Below are positions 13,346 to 25,208 of a stretch of DNA of 64,000 nt, in pieces (the stretch's first letter is position 1; each line of letters starts with the position of its first letter). This DNA comes from Paraspadella gotoi (taxonomy: Eukaryota > Animalia > Chaetognatha). A program made the position numbers and the translations under genes. The stretch lies in assembly GCA_051294375.1 (NCBI GenBank), contig CM119264.1, positions 3,143,575 to 3,207,574 of the forward strand, read 5' to 3'. The notes under the pieces are model-generated. The model was not told where the DNA came from and did not search any database. It worked only from the letters and a program-made list of their open reading frames with translations.

Positions 13346-13981
13346 TGAAGAGACATAATTAATTGATAGTGTTAATCAGACGTTCAATTATAAGAGTCCC
13401 TGAGCTTCGGATCAGGCTGTAACACCATGTTACAGGCGGGTTAGCGCCCGTCCCTCTAACTGCCAGACGACCACCGGGCGAGAACCCGACCTGTTGGGTT
13501 GGGAGGGCGAATGACTGCCTCCGGCCACCAATGGCGCTGATGAAGGTTGGTGGATTTTAGTCCACTATACATCCCCCCCTCCCGGTAGGAAGATGTCTGT
13601 TGTGTCTCTTCAGTGAATTGTTGTGGTGGAATGTCGTCACCAAGTTGAGGCATGTGCCTGATGTGTTGTGGCGGAAAGTGCATCGCCAGGGTGAGGCATG
13701 TCGCCTGAAAGTTTGTTGTTGCTGTTGTGTTCGGAAGTCGGCTCACCAATGAAGAGACAGTAATTATTTATAAGTGTTAATGACAGAACGTTCAATATAA
13801 GCAGTCCCTGAGCTTCGGATCAGGCTGTAACACCATGTTACAGGCGGGTTAAGCGCCCCGTCCCTCTTAACTGCCAGACGACCACCGGGCTAGAACCCCG
13901 GACCTTTGGGTTGGGAGGCGAATGACTTGCCTCCGGCCAATGGCCGCTGGATGAACGGTTAGTGGATTTTAGTCCACTATA
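13346..13981 (-). mobile_element. Complete 636-bp TRIM (family 1) with tRNA-like LTRs, PBS, PPT and 4-bp TSD TTAT
   Basis: Two LTRs of ~225-230 bp (13981-13750 and ~13569-13346) starting TATAGTGG and ending CTTCA. PBS TGGTGAGCCGAC, PPT GGGAGGGGGGGA, TTAT on both sides. The empty site AAAAGCAAG-TTAT-CAAGAATG is present in the inverted paralog at 28262-28265. Confidence 0.92.
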
Positions 13982-14325
13982 TTATCAAGAATGAAAGAAA
14001 GAAGGCAAGTAAGAAAATAGTTAATGTTCAAAGGCAGGACAATGCCTTAAAGAAAGAAGGAAAAAAAGCAATTTATCAAGAATTCAAGCATCGCAAATTT
14101 ATTTAGAGCAACCTTGTTCAGGGATCATTTCTGTATGCGGGGATTAGATTTTTTTGGATTCACAGTTAACGTCTGGGGTATTTTCAACAATGAAATTGAA
14201 ACTTATATAACTATTATTTCTTTTTCCCACTGATTAATAAACACACGCTTTATTTAAAAAAAACGGTTGGCATATAGTTATCTTCTCCTTATAACATAGA
14301 ACTAACTTGGAGAATTTCTATGCGG

Positions 14326-14356
14326 TGGCAGCGGTAGAACTCGAACCCATGCCTTC
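14326..14356 (-). other. tRNA-Leu-like 3' half fragment (SINE remnant or tRNA pseudogene)
   Basis: Minus strand reads GAAGGCATGGGTTCGAGTTCTACCGCTGCCA, i.e. T-arm plus acceptor end. No 5' half is visible. Confidence 0.4.
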
Positions 14357-14599
14357 TTAAATCATCATTTTTTGCGCCAAATTTGACTTTCTATAAAACG
14401 ATTCGACGGGCAAAAAGGGTTGTTGAAAGGGTCGCCGACATGTTATTTCACTGATTATTGCTACGGTCGTTGACATGGTCTCTGACATATTGACACAGGC
14501 TGTTAAATATTTCCGTGTTTCACGTTGCTTTTCTGCCTAAAACGTTTATTAGAAAAATTACCTTCGTGAGAGAAAGAAAAATTGGCGGAATGCTCTTCA

Positions 14600-15010
14600 A
14601 TGCCCCCTCTTCTGGCTGGATGACTCAGAGTCAGGATCTGGATTGACAAAATGATGATAATTTGAACAATGGATTAATTGTTTAGGGTTTTGGTTAGGGA
14701 TAAGGTTAGTTTAGGGATAGAGATTAGGGTTAGGGATTAGGGTTAGGGATTAAGGTTAGGTATTAGGTATGTTTTCCCTACGCTACTTTTTTAACAAAAA
14801 AATTCTGGCTTGCTGGGTGACTCATTGGTTAGGATCGAGATCGCAGAAACGACAGTGAGAGCAACGACAAAAGGAGTGATGCATAAAGCAACGAGGGAAG
14901 CAGCAAAAAAGACAAGTTTTGTCCATGTGTTTGAGTCCGCTGCTTCAGGAGCCGCCAGCAAGGGGGCATCGATGGAAAAGTGCCAAATAAAAAAAAGGCA
15001 CTTTTTTAAA
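14600..15010. repeat. Dispersed repeat with internal degenerate (TTAGGG)n tract
   Basis: GGCTGGATGACTCAGAGTC...TTAGGGATTAGGG...GTTTGAGTCCGCTGCTTCAGGAGCCGC. Recurs at 50050-50500 and partly, inverted, at 35400-35600. Confidence 0.7.
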
Positions 15011-15509
15011 TAAAATTCATTAAAAAATTTTTAAATAGATATAAATTATTTAAATTTAAATTATTTTAAATTGATATAAATTATTTAAATTTAAATTTGT
15101 AAAATAAATGAATTAATAAAAACAAATAAACAAATGTTAAAAAAATATAAAAATTGATAAAAATATACTAATTAATTTGATATTTAAATTGTATTATTTG
15201 AAGTTGTGAGCGATTGTATCATTAAGTCAGAACGGTTTTGCGCAGCCACAAGATTTTTCCATTCCAGATTCACTTCCTACTTTCCCTCTCTCTCGTTAAG
15301 ACCTATTTTCTCGGTATCATTATTATTTTTGTGATCATTTTTTTCTCAATATACGCCTTACCGCCATTTCTTGAGTTCTTCTTCAGCCAGAGTCTTATTT
15401 TGGGGTCTTATTTGGGTGGCGCCCAATGTGGAGTCTTGTTCTCTAACCACGAACCGCCCAGGATCTCTTATATACCAATTTTACCTAAAATCCTTTTTTT
15501 TTCTCAAAA

Positions 15510-16183
15510 TCTTGACCAAGTTATGCCAGTTGATCAAATTATGCCAGTCGATCACATTTTGCAATTGCAAGTTGACCAAATTATACAAGTTGAAAAATTA
15601 TGCCAGTTGACAATATTATGTCAGTTGACCAAATTATGCTAGTTGACCAAATAATGCAAGTTGATTAAATTATGGAAGTTTATTAAATTATGGAAGTTGA
15701 TTAAATTATGCCAGTTGACCTAATTATGTCAGTTGACCAAATTAAGCAACTTAACCAAATTATGCCAGTAGACCAATTCATGCCAGTTGACCAAATTAAG
15801 GCAATTGACCAAATTACATCACTTGACCAAATTACATCAGTTGACCAAATTATGCCAGTTGACCAAATTACATCACTTGACCAAATTACATCAGTTGACC
15901 ATGTTATACCATTTGACCAAATTATGCCAGATGACCAAATTATGTCATATGACCAAATTGATTAAATTATGAAAGTTGACCAAATTATGCAAGTTGGTAT
16001 TGGCACAGCTAATGGTAATGATTGATAGATTAATTGATTGATAGATTTTTTTATAGATTTATTAATAAGTCTGTTATGATTTGTTATAATCACAAATTGA
16101 GAGTTACAATGATTTATCATCGGATTAGCTTATTACTGCTTAATTATTGTAGGCATATCCGACATTATTTGCTCAATCTTGTT
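15510..16183 (+). repeat. 18-bp minisatellite (GTTGACCAAATTATGCCA)n inside the 3' part of a HINE-like element
   Basis: About 25 units, followed by the family 3' end ATCCGACATTATTTGCTCAATCTTGTT. The same array occurs at 53775-54005. Confidence 0.8.
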
Positions 16184-16699
16184 CTTTCTCATTATGACCT
16201 CGAAGTTTTCTCCTCTTCCTCTTCCCCATTCTAAGTAAGTTCTCTTTGCAAATCGACTCTCATCTCAACTTACAAGTAAAATCAAGGGATTTATTTTCTT
16301 TTAAAAAAAACCAGGTAATTTTGGGGTTCTCTGTATTACGGCACAATATCGCATTATCACTTAACGTGAAAGAAAAAGAGTATCTAATTTAATCCAAATT
16401 GATCATCACGTCAACAGGTTTGTTATAGAAAGCCTATGAGGCTTTCAAACTGTCATCTCAATTTATTACGGATTATCTATAATTACGTACTAAACTGTTA
16501 TACCACTTCATTGATAAGAAAGCCAGGTACTCTGGAAGTGAAGAAAAGAGACTGTGAGAGAGTCTTGATTGAAAGCTTGCAGAGACTTGCTCTCATAAAA
16601 TGTTCAAAGACAGGGTCAAGATAGCTTGTTTTTTAAATGAATGGATAATTTTATATTGGTTGTACCAATTTCATAGTATTCATAGTATTCATAGTATTG

Positions 16700-17087
16700 T
16701 TTTCTTTTTTTTCTTCACTTTCCAACCCACATACAAAATTCCAGGTCAATCGGCCCATCCACTCATGTTCAAATAGTAAAATATATTTTTTTGTTTTTTC
16801 ATTTAAACTTATTTCTACTCGGACGATTCCACCAAAATCCAGCTCAATCACACACTTCCTTACCCACACACAAAATTTCATTCCAATCCATTTATCCAGA
16901 CAGACAGACAGGCAGACAGACAGACAGCGTACAGACGGACGTACAGACCATATATTTTTTTTGCATAATTCATCATAATTCTGACCTGATATAAGTGAAT
17001 GCCAGACAATATTGAGGGGGCGGACTGACGGACCGACAAAGCGAATTATAGAGTCGGGATCTGCTGATAAGCAGATCCGATTAAAAA
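16700..17087 (-). mobile_element. HINE-like element, 5' part
   Basis: GAGTCGGGATCTGCTGATAAGCAGATCCGA palindrome, (GACA)n, conserved CACACTTCCTACCCACACACAAAATTTC core. Confidence 0.65.
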
Positions 17088-17914
17088 TAATCGGGATATC
17101 ACGAGTTCACGTTTCATCATCGTCTTCATAATCGTCGTCGCGTTCTCTCTCTCTATCTCTCTCTCTCTCTCTCTCTCTCGACAAACTGGGCAAAGTGAGA
17201 CGCCGATATCGTCGGACGTCGAGCCACTTTTTTCCCTCTACGGTCACGACAACACGCAGCCACGACCGTAAATACACTTTTACAACTTCCAATTGAAAAA
17301 ATCATAAATATTTCCAATTGTAATCGGTTGTGACATTTTTTAAAAATTATATATTTTATATATTAATTTCGGATAGCGCCCTAAATTATGCTAAAAATGG
17401 CTAGATTTTTTTTAGTATGCTAAATATTATGTCAAAGTATCTTTTAGCTAATTTAATGCAAAACTGTTACAAGAGTAAAGAGAAATGCTTATTATTAGAG
17501 CCTATGAAAAATTATTTAGAGAGATAAAAACAAAAAAGATGAAAAAAATGAGACTTTTTGTGAATTGCTTAATAGGGTGGAGTGATGAAAAGATTGAACG
17601 ATGGAACAATATTTTTTTGCTGCCATTGTATATGTAATATAATATAATTAAGCCCTTTTTAAAAAAAATTTGTATAACAGTATCATTAATTGAATTTTTT
17701 TATAGTAATATCCTTATAAAATCATAAAATTTCAAAATCATATTATTTTAATTTTAAAAACAATTTTGGATTTGCCGGAAAAAACTGAAATACTTTTGTA
17801 AAATATGTTACATAATATTTTTAGGTTAAAGCTGCGAAAAATGACCAAAACGTTTTTTCTACTACAAAGTGTAAAAAAGTAAAGAATTTGACCTGTTTTT
17901 TCCGGTGGCTGTAG

Positions 17915-18202
17915 TATTCCTCCCACACGGGATTCCTCCCAACTGGATTCCTCCCACACGGGATTCCTCCCACGCGGGATTCCTCCCCATGGGATTCCTC
18001 CCACACGGGATTCCTCCCCGCGGGATTCCTCCCACACAGAATTCCTCCCCAAAGAATTCCTCCCCATAGAATTCCTCCCACACAGGATTCCTCCCCAAAG
18101 AATACCTCCCACGCGGGATTCCTCCCACGCGGGATTCCTCCCACACGGAATTCCTCCCACGCGGGATTCCTTCCACGCGGGATTCCTCCCACACAGAATT
18201 CC
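17915..18202. repeat. 15/16-bp GC-rich minisatellite (GGATTCCTCCCACACG)n
   Basis: About 18 units. It explains three overlapping repetitive ORFs. Confidence 0.9.
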
Positions 18203-18672
18203 TGTGACTGTGAGTAACTATCATCGCATCATAAACCAGGATGAACAATTCTACTATCTTCGCTCGCCACTTCTCTTAAGTAGCCATTACAATAATAATA
18301 AACAATTTCTATCTTTTTTTGCCGGTTTATGGTTTAACTACCAAACAATGTATCTAGTTATCAAATTCTATTAGTGAGGCAGTGAAGAAGTTGAAATGTG
18401 TGTCCATTTTCTTTGTTTCATATCGATACAAGTATTTTTTGTTTGAATTTCCACATGATTATGATTTACTGCCATATGCAAATTAGATTATAGTACTTTT
18501 TTTTATTAATTTTCTTTGATAGTAGGGTATGGCTCGATCATTAGTCTTTTAAGATTTTTTTTATTCCTTTTGCAACTTCTGCTTTAATTGAATTTTAGTT
18601 GTGGATTGATGTTTTGTTTGTTACTGTGCATCTAACACAATGTTTTCAGTCTAAAAATAAAATAGTCTAAAG

Positions 18673-21600
18673 ATGGCGATTTCTCTCGCTTCCCTCGTCA
18701 TCGTGAGTGTGCTCAACGTTCTGGACTTATTGACGGACATACGGACCACAGCGTCACATTTGACGTCAGACAGCGTGACGTCACGCATCATCGGTTGGAT
18801 CCTTGGTGCCATCTTGTTAGGCCACGCCCTCGTTTCTTGTCTGTACAGCGTACCATTTGTCTGGAGATTCTCAGCCAAGTATTCAATTCTGATAAAGAAT
18901 CGTTGGCGACGCTCAGTAACAATGGTCTTGTATCTGCTGGGACTGGGCTCCGTTCCCATCATGGTTGACCTCTACTTGGAAACTGAATCGAATTTGCGCG
19001 GGCAAATTGAATTCAAGAAAGTTAAAGGTACAAATCGGATGATTTAAAACTGAGCAAACTTTGTTAAAGAAATTTCATTCATAAATTTAATTAATCAATA
19101 TTAATCAATAAGCATAGAAAAACGCATATGTTTTCCATAAGGTTGTGGATTCGCCATAGTATTTTCTTATTATAACTACCGGTTAAAGAAATTCAAAATT
19201 GTTGCACAAAAGATGCGTCTCACTATCACTAAATGATTCACCTTAGAGCTGCCAACCTCAGAACTTAGTTTACTAACTTCAGTTTCGATTTTGAAATTAA
19301 ATATTTTTTCTCGTGTATAAATTGAACTTGTACAGTATCATTATTTTTAAGAAATATTTCAAAAATTAATAAACAGACTATTTTAAGGCGGCCAATCATT
19401 TTCCCGGCATTGAAGAGTAAAGTGTAGTAAAAATTCTAAATTTAACTAAATGTGAGGAATCAATAACGTTGTACTAATGAATTTGAAAAAATAATATTAA
19501 CGGACATGTTTCGGCTCTTGTTCAAGCCTTCTTAAACTTTTACTTTACACACTATTATCCCTTAAATATCTTTTCAAATTCACACTCAAATTTTTTTTTC
19601 ACTTTCACTAATTTAAAGTAGTTAATTGTTAACATTATTTATTGTCACTTCAGTTTATAATTTTTATCTTTGTTGTACATTACAAAAATGTTTTATTTTT
19701 CTTAATGTCCCTCTCTCTCTCTCTCTCTCTCTCTCACCATTTCAATTTCTTTTCACAAACTCACTATGTCTGTCCTCACCTTCGTTTGTCCTCAAACTGA
19801 CACTAATCTTTACTCAACTCTCTCTCTCTCTCTCTCTCTTCTTCTTCTGCACAAAGAATTTTAAATCTATTCAAACGCTGACGAAGGCTTGAACAAGAGC
19901 CGAAACATGTCCGTTAATATTATTGTTTCAAATAAATCGTTGTTGAATCCTTTTCAAACTCTTCTCTAAATCTCAACCACAACGAAACGAAAGGATCATA
20001 ATGTCTAGTATTAACCCTATAAATGTTACAATTTTAAAATGGTTTTTTACAATATTTTTTTGCAGATTTGGATTCTACATGAAAAGAAATATAATTCTTT
20101 TTATAAAATTCTTTCATTAAGTTACTCAAAAATCTAAAAAAAACTTTTGACAAGGAATTTAAATGTCCCATCAAAATTAAGAAAAATCCATTTTGAAATT
20201 TTAGGATATTTTAAGGATAATACTATATATAAATATAGCCTACCGCGAAAATAGCCCATATTTCGATTAAAATTGCCATTATTTCGATTAAAATTTCTCT
20301 CTATATCTCTCTTTCTCTCTCTGTTTCCCTTTAACTCTTACATCTTTTACTTTTCACATTTGGACTGCCTTATCAATGTAAATCGAAATATTGGCAAAAA
20401 TTAAAAAACTGCACTTGTAAATCCCACAATAAACTGTCTTATCTTCATGAAATTATTTATTTTTAAAAATTATTATTCACTGGTGGTACGTTATTCATAA
20501 TTGACCAGTAGAATTTTCATATGTGACTTTCACTATACTCTATTAAACAGGCTATGGTTTAATGTTTAATGTTATTACTCTTACAGAAAATCATGCAGAC
20601 AGACTTTATTTGATCCACATCTTTTTTGAGTCTTTTCCTCAATTGATTTTTCAAACTGCTTCAGCGGTTGTGTCATGGACTGCAGAGAGTAAGCAGATTT
20701 GCATCAAGAAGAACTCTTTGAAGAAATATGTGCCATTATTACAACGGGTCTATGAACTTAATGCAAACGGTGACCTAATGCAAACTAATATTGAATGCGA
20801 ATGTAGCGCCGCGGGCAAAGGTAGTTTGTGGGTTGATTGATTGATCTTTTTATTGAGTGATTTTTTTTATTATTTTATTGCAAGATTGATTAACATTGAT
20901 TGGTTTTTTAACTTCACAGATGGAATATTTGTAAATCATCTGCATAATTACCGAGAGCCAGCTTGAAAAAAAATTACTTCATTACCTTTTTTAATTATCT
21001 TTATAATGAGCGGCTTTCTCTCTCATTCTCTCTCTCTCTCAATTCAATTAAAGAAAAAAAATATTAAAGATGAAACTAATTATAAAACCTTAATATGAGG
21101 GTCATCGAATCAAGATCAGATTTGGTTCTTCCTTGGCCTTGAGGTCTAATTTCCAAAATTTCCAAAACCCTTATTTCTCTATTTCAAAAGGAAACAATGA
21201 TCTGGGTTTGTTACGAATGACTTTATGCTTCTGGCCGGTAAGCAACTACTTCCTTCTGGCATCAATGGCCTTGTCAACAATGAGTCTTGCTTCTGCAGCC
21301 ATCAAATACCAAATCAAATTTCAAAATGGTTGCAGGTATTTAATAAAGATTTCTTTATAATAGAGATGTAGAAAAAATTAAACATAAACATGGTATAAAA
21401 TTTATGAATAAAACTTGAAGATTTTCTACATTTTAAAGACCCAAGTTTAAATAATGCCTTCCCTTTATTCCTTTTATTTTTCAATCCATCGCTTAAGCAT
21501 GACATATTCGAGTTTGCTTCTCAACGCTTACTCCATCTTAGCCACGGGCTTAGGCACTTTCTCAATCACCCTAAGCAACATCCTCATTTTTGAAGCTGCA

Positions 21601-23229
21601 GTTAATTTGAATCCTTATTTCGCTTTATTTTCATTTTTAATCCCTTTGCGAGTTTTCACTCCTGCAATGACTGTCGCGTTGATGAAGGATCTGCTTCTTG
21701 GCTGTGAACTGCGGCGGCAACTAGATCGAACGCTGCTCCGCGCTCCCCGGAGGTCGGATGAAGGATTGCAGCTTCTGCTACAGTCCAACTTGAATCTTTT
21801 TCTTTATTCGTTTATGTTTCTCTTGAAAAAACAAAATGCAATGCTTCATAACTATTATATTATTGGATGGGGTCTGCAGCCGTTGATTTTTGTCAAATCC
21901 GCCATTTTGATTTTCTTTGGAAGCCGTCGACCGAGTGATCCACGTTATTTTACCACAAAAGGAATCATCAACAGGATGGGATGGGAAAAGGCAGTTTTTC
22001 CTGGCAATATCACCTTCTTACCGGATGAAGGAATGTTACCAAAAAACTACCGTATTTACAATGCTTTTCATTTGGGAAATTATTTTATTTTTAACATTCC
22101 TCACATAACGTTTTTGATACTTCTCATGATTGACGTTGCCTTGGGATCTTTGTGCAGCTTTTTTGTTTTATACTTAAAAAATATATTTTGGAAATACTTG
22201 TTGGCTTCAATAACTCAGTTGATTTTGATTGTACTTATCTATATGAACATGTATGCCTCGATACGATATATAAATTTGTTTTCTTTCTTTTGGGTTAGTC
22301 TACCTTGGACTAAAAAACCGCAAATTCCATATTTGGGAGATTGGATGGTAGAAAGGTCGTTATTAACACGTTCAATTTTAGAGAAAACTGCCATTGATTC
22401 AATGTGGTATCATTATGCATTTCTGAATGTATTTTTAATTTTAAGTCCCATATTTCTGTATGTCTTTATTTTCTTTCAACTTGAAAAAATATTAGTAAAA
22501 TCGCCAGTTTTGAATTATGGTTCAAAGGTCATTTTTAGTCTTTCAGTGTTTAGTGTTTTATCCTCTAAGGTTTGGAAATACGACATAGAAAAAGTTATTA
22601 TAAAGGAGTATGCAAAGTATTGCCAAGTAGAAAGTAGACATAATAGGGCGCTTCTTACCTTTAAGTCCATCCCATATCGCTACTCTATGTGGCTAATTTT
22701 GGTGGAAGAAAATTATTTTGTAATTTTTACTTTGTCCCTGATGCCGATACTAACTGTTGTTATGCGTGTAATTTTTAGTAAAATAAACAACAACAACAAT
22801 AACAAAATATCCTGGAAAATAATAATTTTTTTGTTTGGATTTTTATTTTACGGATCAATTTATTTATATTTGAGCCAATCCTCACAACTTAGAACCCATG
22901 CTAATTTATCGTCCAATTTTGAAAATCTTATCAAATATTCAGATTATTTTCCTACTATCCACTTTAGCGAGTTGTTAATCTATTCGCCTGTGTATCAAGT
23001 GGCAAAATCTTTGTACGACGAACAGTTTTGTGAAGTTTATAATAAAATGAAAAAAAGGCTAACAAATTTGAATATCTCTTCGGTTTCAAAAACAATCGAT
23101 TCTCTTCTCATGATATTTTTTGAAAATATGACAAACATTGTCAGTTTGAAAATGTATAAAGAGAATGTCAACTTGTACATTCTGGTTTTTGTCCTAATTC
23201 CGCTATTGCTTATTCTTTGCAATGATTAA
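18673..23229 (+). CDS. XK-related-like multi-pass membrane protein, divergent copy B (~833 aa; exons 18673-19027, 20551-20820, 21191-21335, 21498-23229)
   Basis: VLDLLTDIRT and FFESFPQLIFQ XK motifs. Introns of phase 1, 1 and 2 join in frame (2502 nt). The C-terminal half aligns by eye with A/C/D (GNY..F..PH...L..LM.ID..LG; N.YA.I.Y...FS; final TM). The exon 3 and exon 4 acceptors are AAG, so those boundaries are less certain. Confidence 0.78.
19490..20000. mobile_element. Penelope-like element remnant with inverted terminal hammerhead segments
   Basis: 19490-19531 is the reverse complement of ~19883-19924 (GAAGGCTTGAACAAGAGCCGAAACATGTCCGTTAATATTATT), enclosing a CT-rich spacer. Confidence 0.65.
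19874..19915 (+). ncRNA. Intact minimal type I hammerhead ribozyme (Penelope-associated type)
   Basis: AACG-CUGACGA-a-GGCU-ugaacaag-AGCC-GAAA-CAUG-UC^CGUU. Stem I AACG/CGUU, stem II GGCU/AGCC, palindromic CAUG loop in place of stem III. Confidence 0.8.
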
Positions 23230-24774
23230 GATTCAAACATCTTTGGTCCAAATAAAGAAAATTAGCCTGACATTGTCTGACAAATCTTTTTTTTTCAGTA
23301 TTAAAAATAAATATTTCTAAAGAACGCAATAAACATTTTAGGATTGGTACTTATGGTTTGCATCTAAGTCTATAAATAAGATATTTTAAGTTATGTTTCC
23401 ATTTATTATTAAATGTAATACCGAGATATCTCAATAGTTAATCTAAATGTCAATGTAAGCGAAAAGATTGTTTATGGAGCGATTAACTCATTATCAATAC
23501 TATTCAAAGGTTGAAAATGTTGTAACATGAGAATGTAAAATGTATGTATAAAAAATATATAAATAAAACAAATTATATTGTAAGTTAATTGGGTGAGTCC
23601 GATTCCCTAAGAAAGAAAAACTGAGGTAAGGTCGATTAGAGTGTGGATGAAGCAAGCATGGAGGGTTAGTGACAAACTAAGCAATGCAGACGAAAGGTAA
23701 AGCAATCAAAGGGAGGGTCGCGAGAATAGATCGCCTGAAGGGGTGGGGGGCAGAGGGGTAACTGAGTGGTAGGAATTTTTCCGTGGTCGGATAGAAAACT
23801 GATGGGTCTGTTTGGGGCATTGAGGGGGCTTGAAAGGCATAGAAGGGGTTGAAGTCATAGAGGGGGTTGAGGGTATTGAGTGAGTTGAGGGCATTGAGGA
23901 GGTTGAAAATTCTCTCATGTAGTCAGCGCTTTTCGACTCAGAAACGATCGAAAAGTCGCTGTGACTGATTTAGGTGATCGAAAAGTCGAATTCAACTCAA
24001 TTCCAGTTGAATGCGAGGAGAAGAATGAATTCATTACACACTTTAATTTCGAGATCAAGAGAGGAATTATTGTAAAACTAATTGTGAATTTAATATTTAT
24101 GAATTCAATGAAACAAATTTCCCTTAATAATTATTTTAATATTAGTAAGAGAAAGTGAATTCAACGTTAATGAATTTAATGAAACTAATTTCTTTGTTTT
24201 ATTTTTTATTATTATAATGAATTAATAAATGAATAAATAATTGATAATTATTTTAATATTAGTAAAAGATGGTAAATTCAATGTTTACGAATTCAATAAA
24301 ACAAATTTTTTTTATAAATGATTTCAATATCAATGACAGAAAATGATTTCAATGTTTATGAATTCAATTAAACAGAAACAGATTGAATAGTTGTTGGTAA
24401 TGATTACATTATTATTAAAAGTAAGTTAAGGTTATGATAAATTAAGGTTAAGAATATAGTGAAATTTATTGCAAATGAAGAAGAAAGGTAATGTTTGTGC
24501 CTCTGTAGTTTCGTTGGCTGACTTTAGTTCTTATTTAAATAACGTTCAGTTTTTGGAACAGGTTGGTACATTTATTCATCAAAAAACAATTTGGCGACGA
24601 GGAACGGAGATAAAATGTTTGTTTCATAAAAACGAGGTGTGAAATTAATTATTTAATTTCGAGGTTAAAAATATAAAAACGTGAGTATAAAATCAATTAA
24701 AAATAAACCCCAATGGCGAGTTAAAAACGTTAAACGTTCTAGAGGCAACGACTTTCTCTCTCTAAAGTTAAAAA

Positions 24775-25009
24775 TGAAGAGACAGTAATTATTGATAAGT
24801 GTTAATGACAGAACCGTTCAATATAAGCAGTCCCTGAGCTTCGGATCAGGCTGTAACACCACGTTACAGGCGGGTTAAGCGCCCCGTCCCTCTTAACTGC
24901 CAGACGACCACCGGGCTAGAACCCCGGACCTTTTGGGTTGGGAGGCGAATGACTTGCCTCCGGCACCAATGGCCGCTGACGAACGGTTGGTGGATTTTAG
25001 TCCACCATA
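24775..25009 (-). mobile_element. Solo LTR, family 1 (235 bp), TSD AAAA
   Basis: Full LTR TATGGTGG...GTCTCTTCA with the tRNA-like core. AAAA on both flanks (low complexity). Confidence 0.85.
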
Positions 25010-25208
25010 AAAATAAGACGGATACCAATTGTCCCCCTTTTTTCCCCCTTTCTTCACGACTGAATCAGTTGTAAAACTTTTCCCTATTATTTGGGCCGTC
25101 TCGATCGCGATGTCGTCCGCCGGTGACTCCGCGGACGTTGAACTTTCATTCCGCTCGGGAACGCACGCGTCGGCCGCCACGAGCGTCAAAACAGGTAAGT
25201 TAAAGCTA

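Noticed and set aside
15510-15995. Regular repeat array resembling CRISPR or a repeat-protein ORF (VDQIMP)n
   Set aside because: Contiguous 18-bp units with no unique spacers, inside a HINE-like element in eukaryotic DNA. The ORFs are by-products of a repeat length divisible by three.
17738-18248. Three overlapping ORFs with GGIP/WEES/GRNP repeats
   Set aside because: All three frames are open because of a stop-free 15/16-bp minisatellite; no evidence of coding selection.
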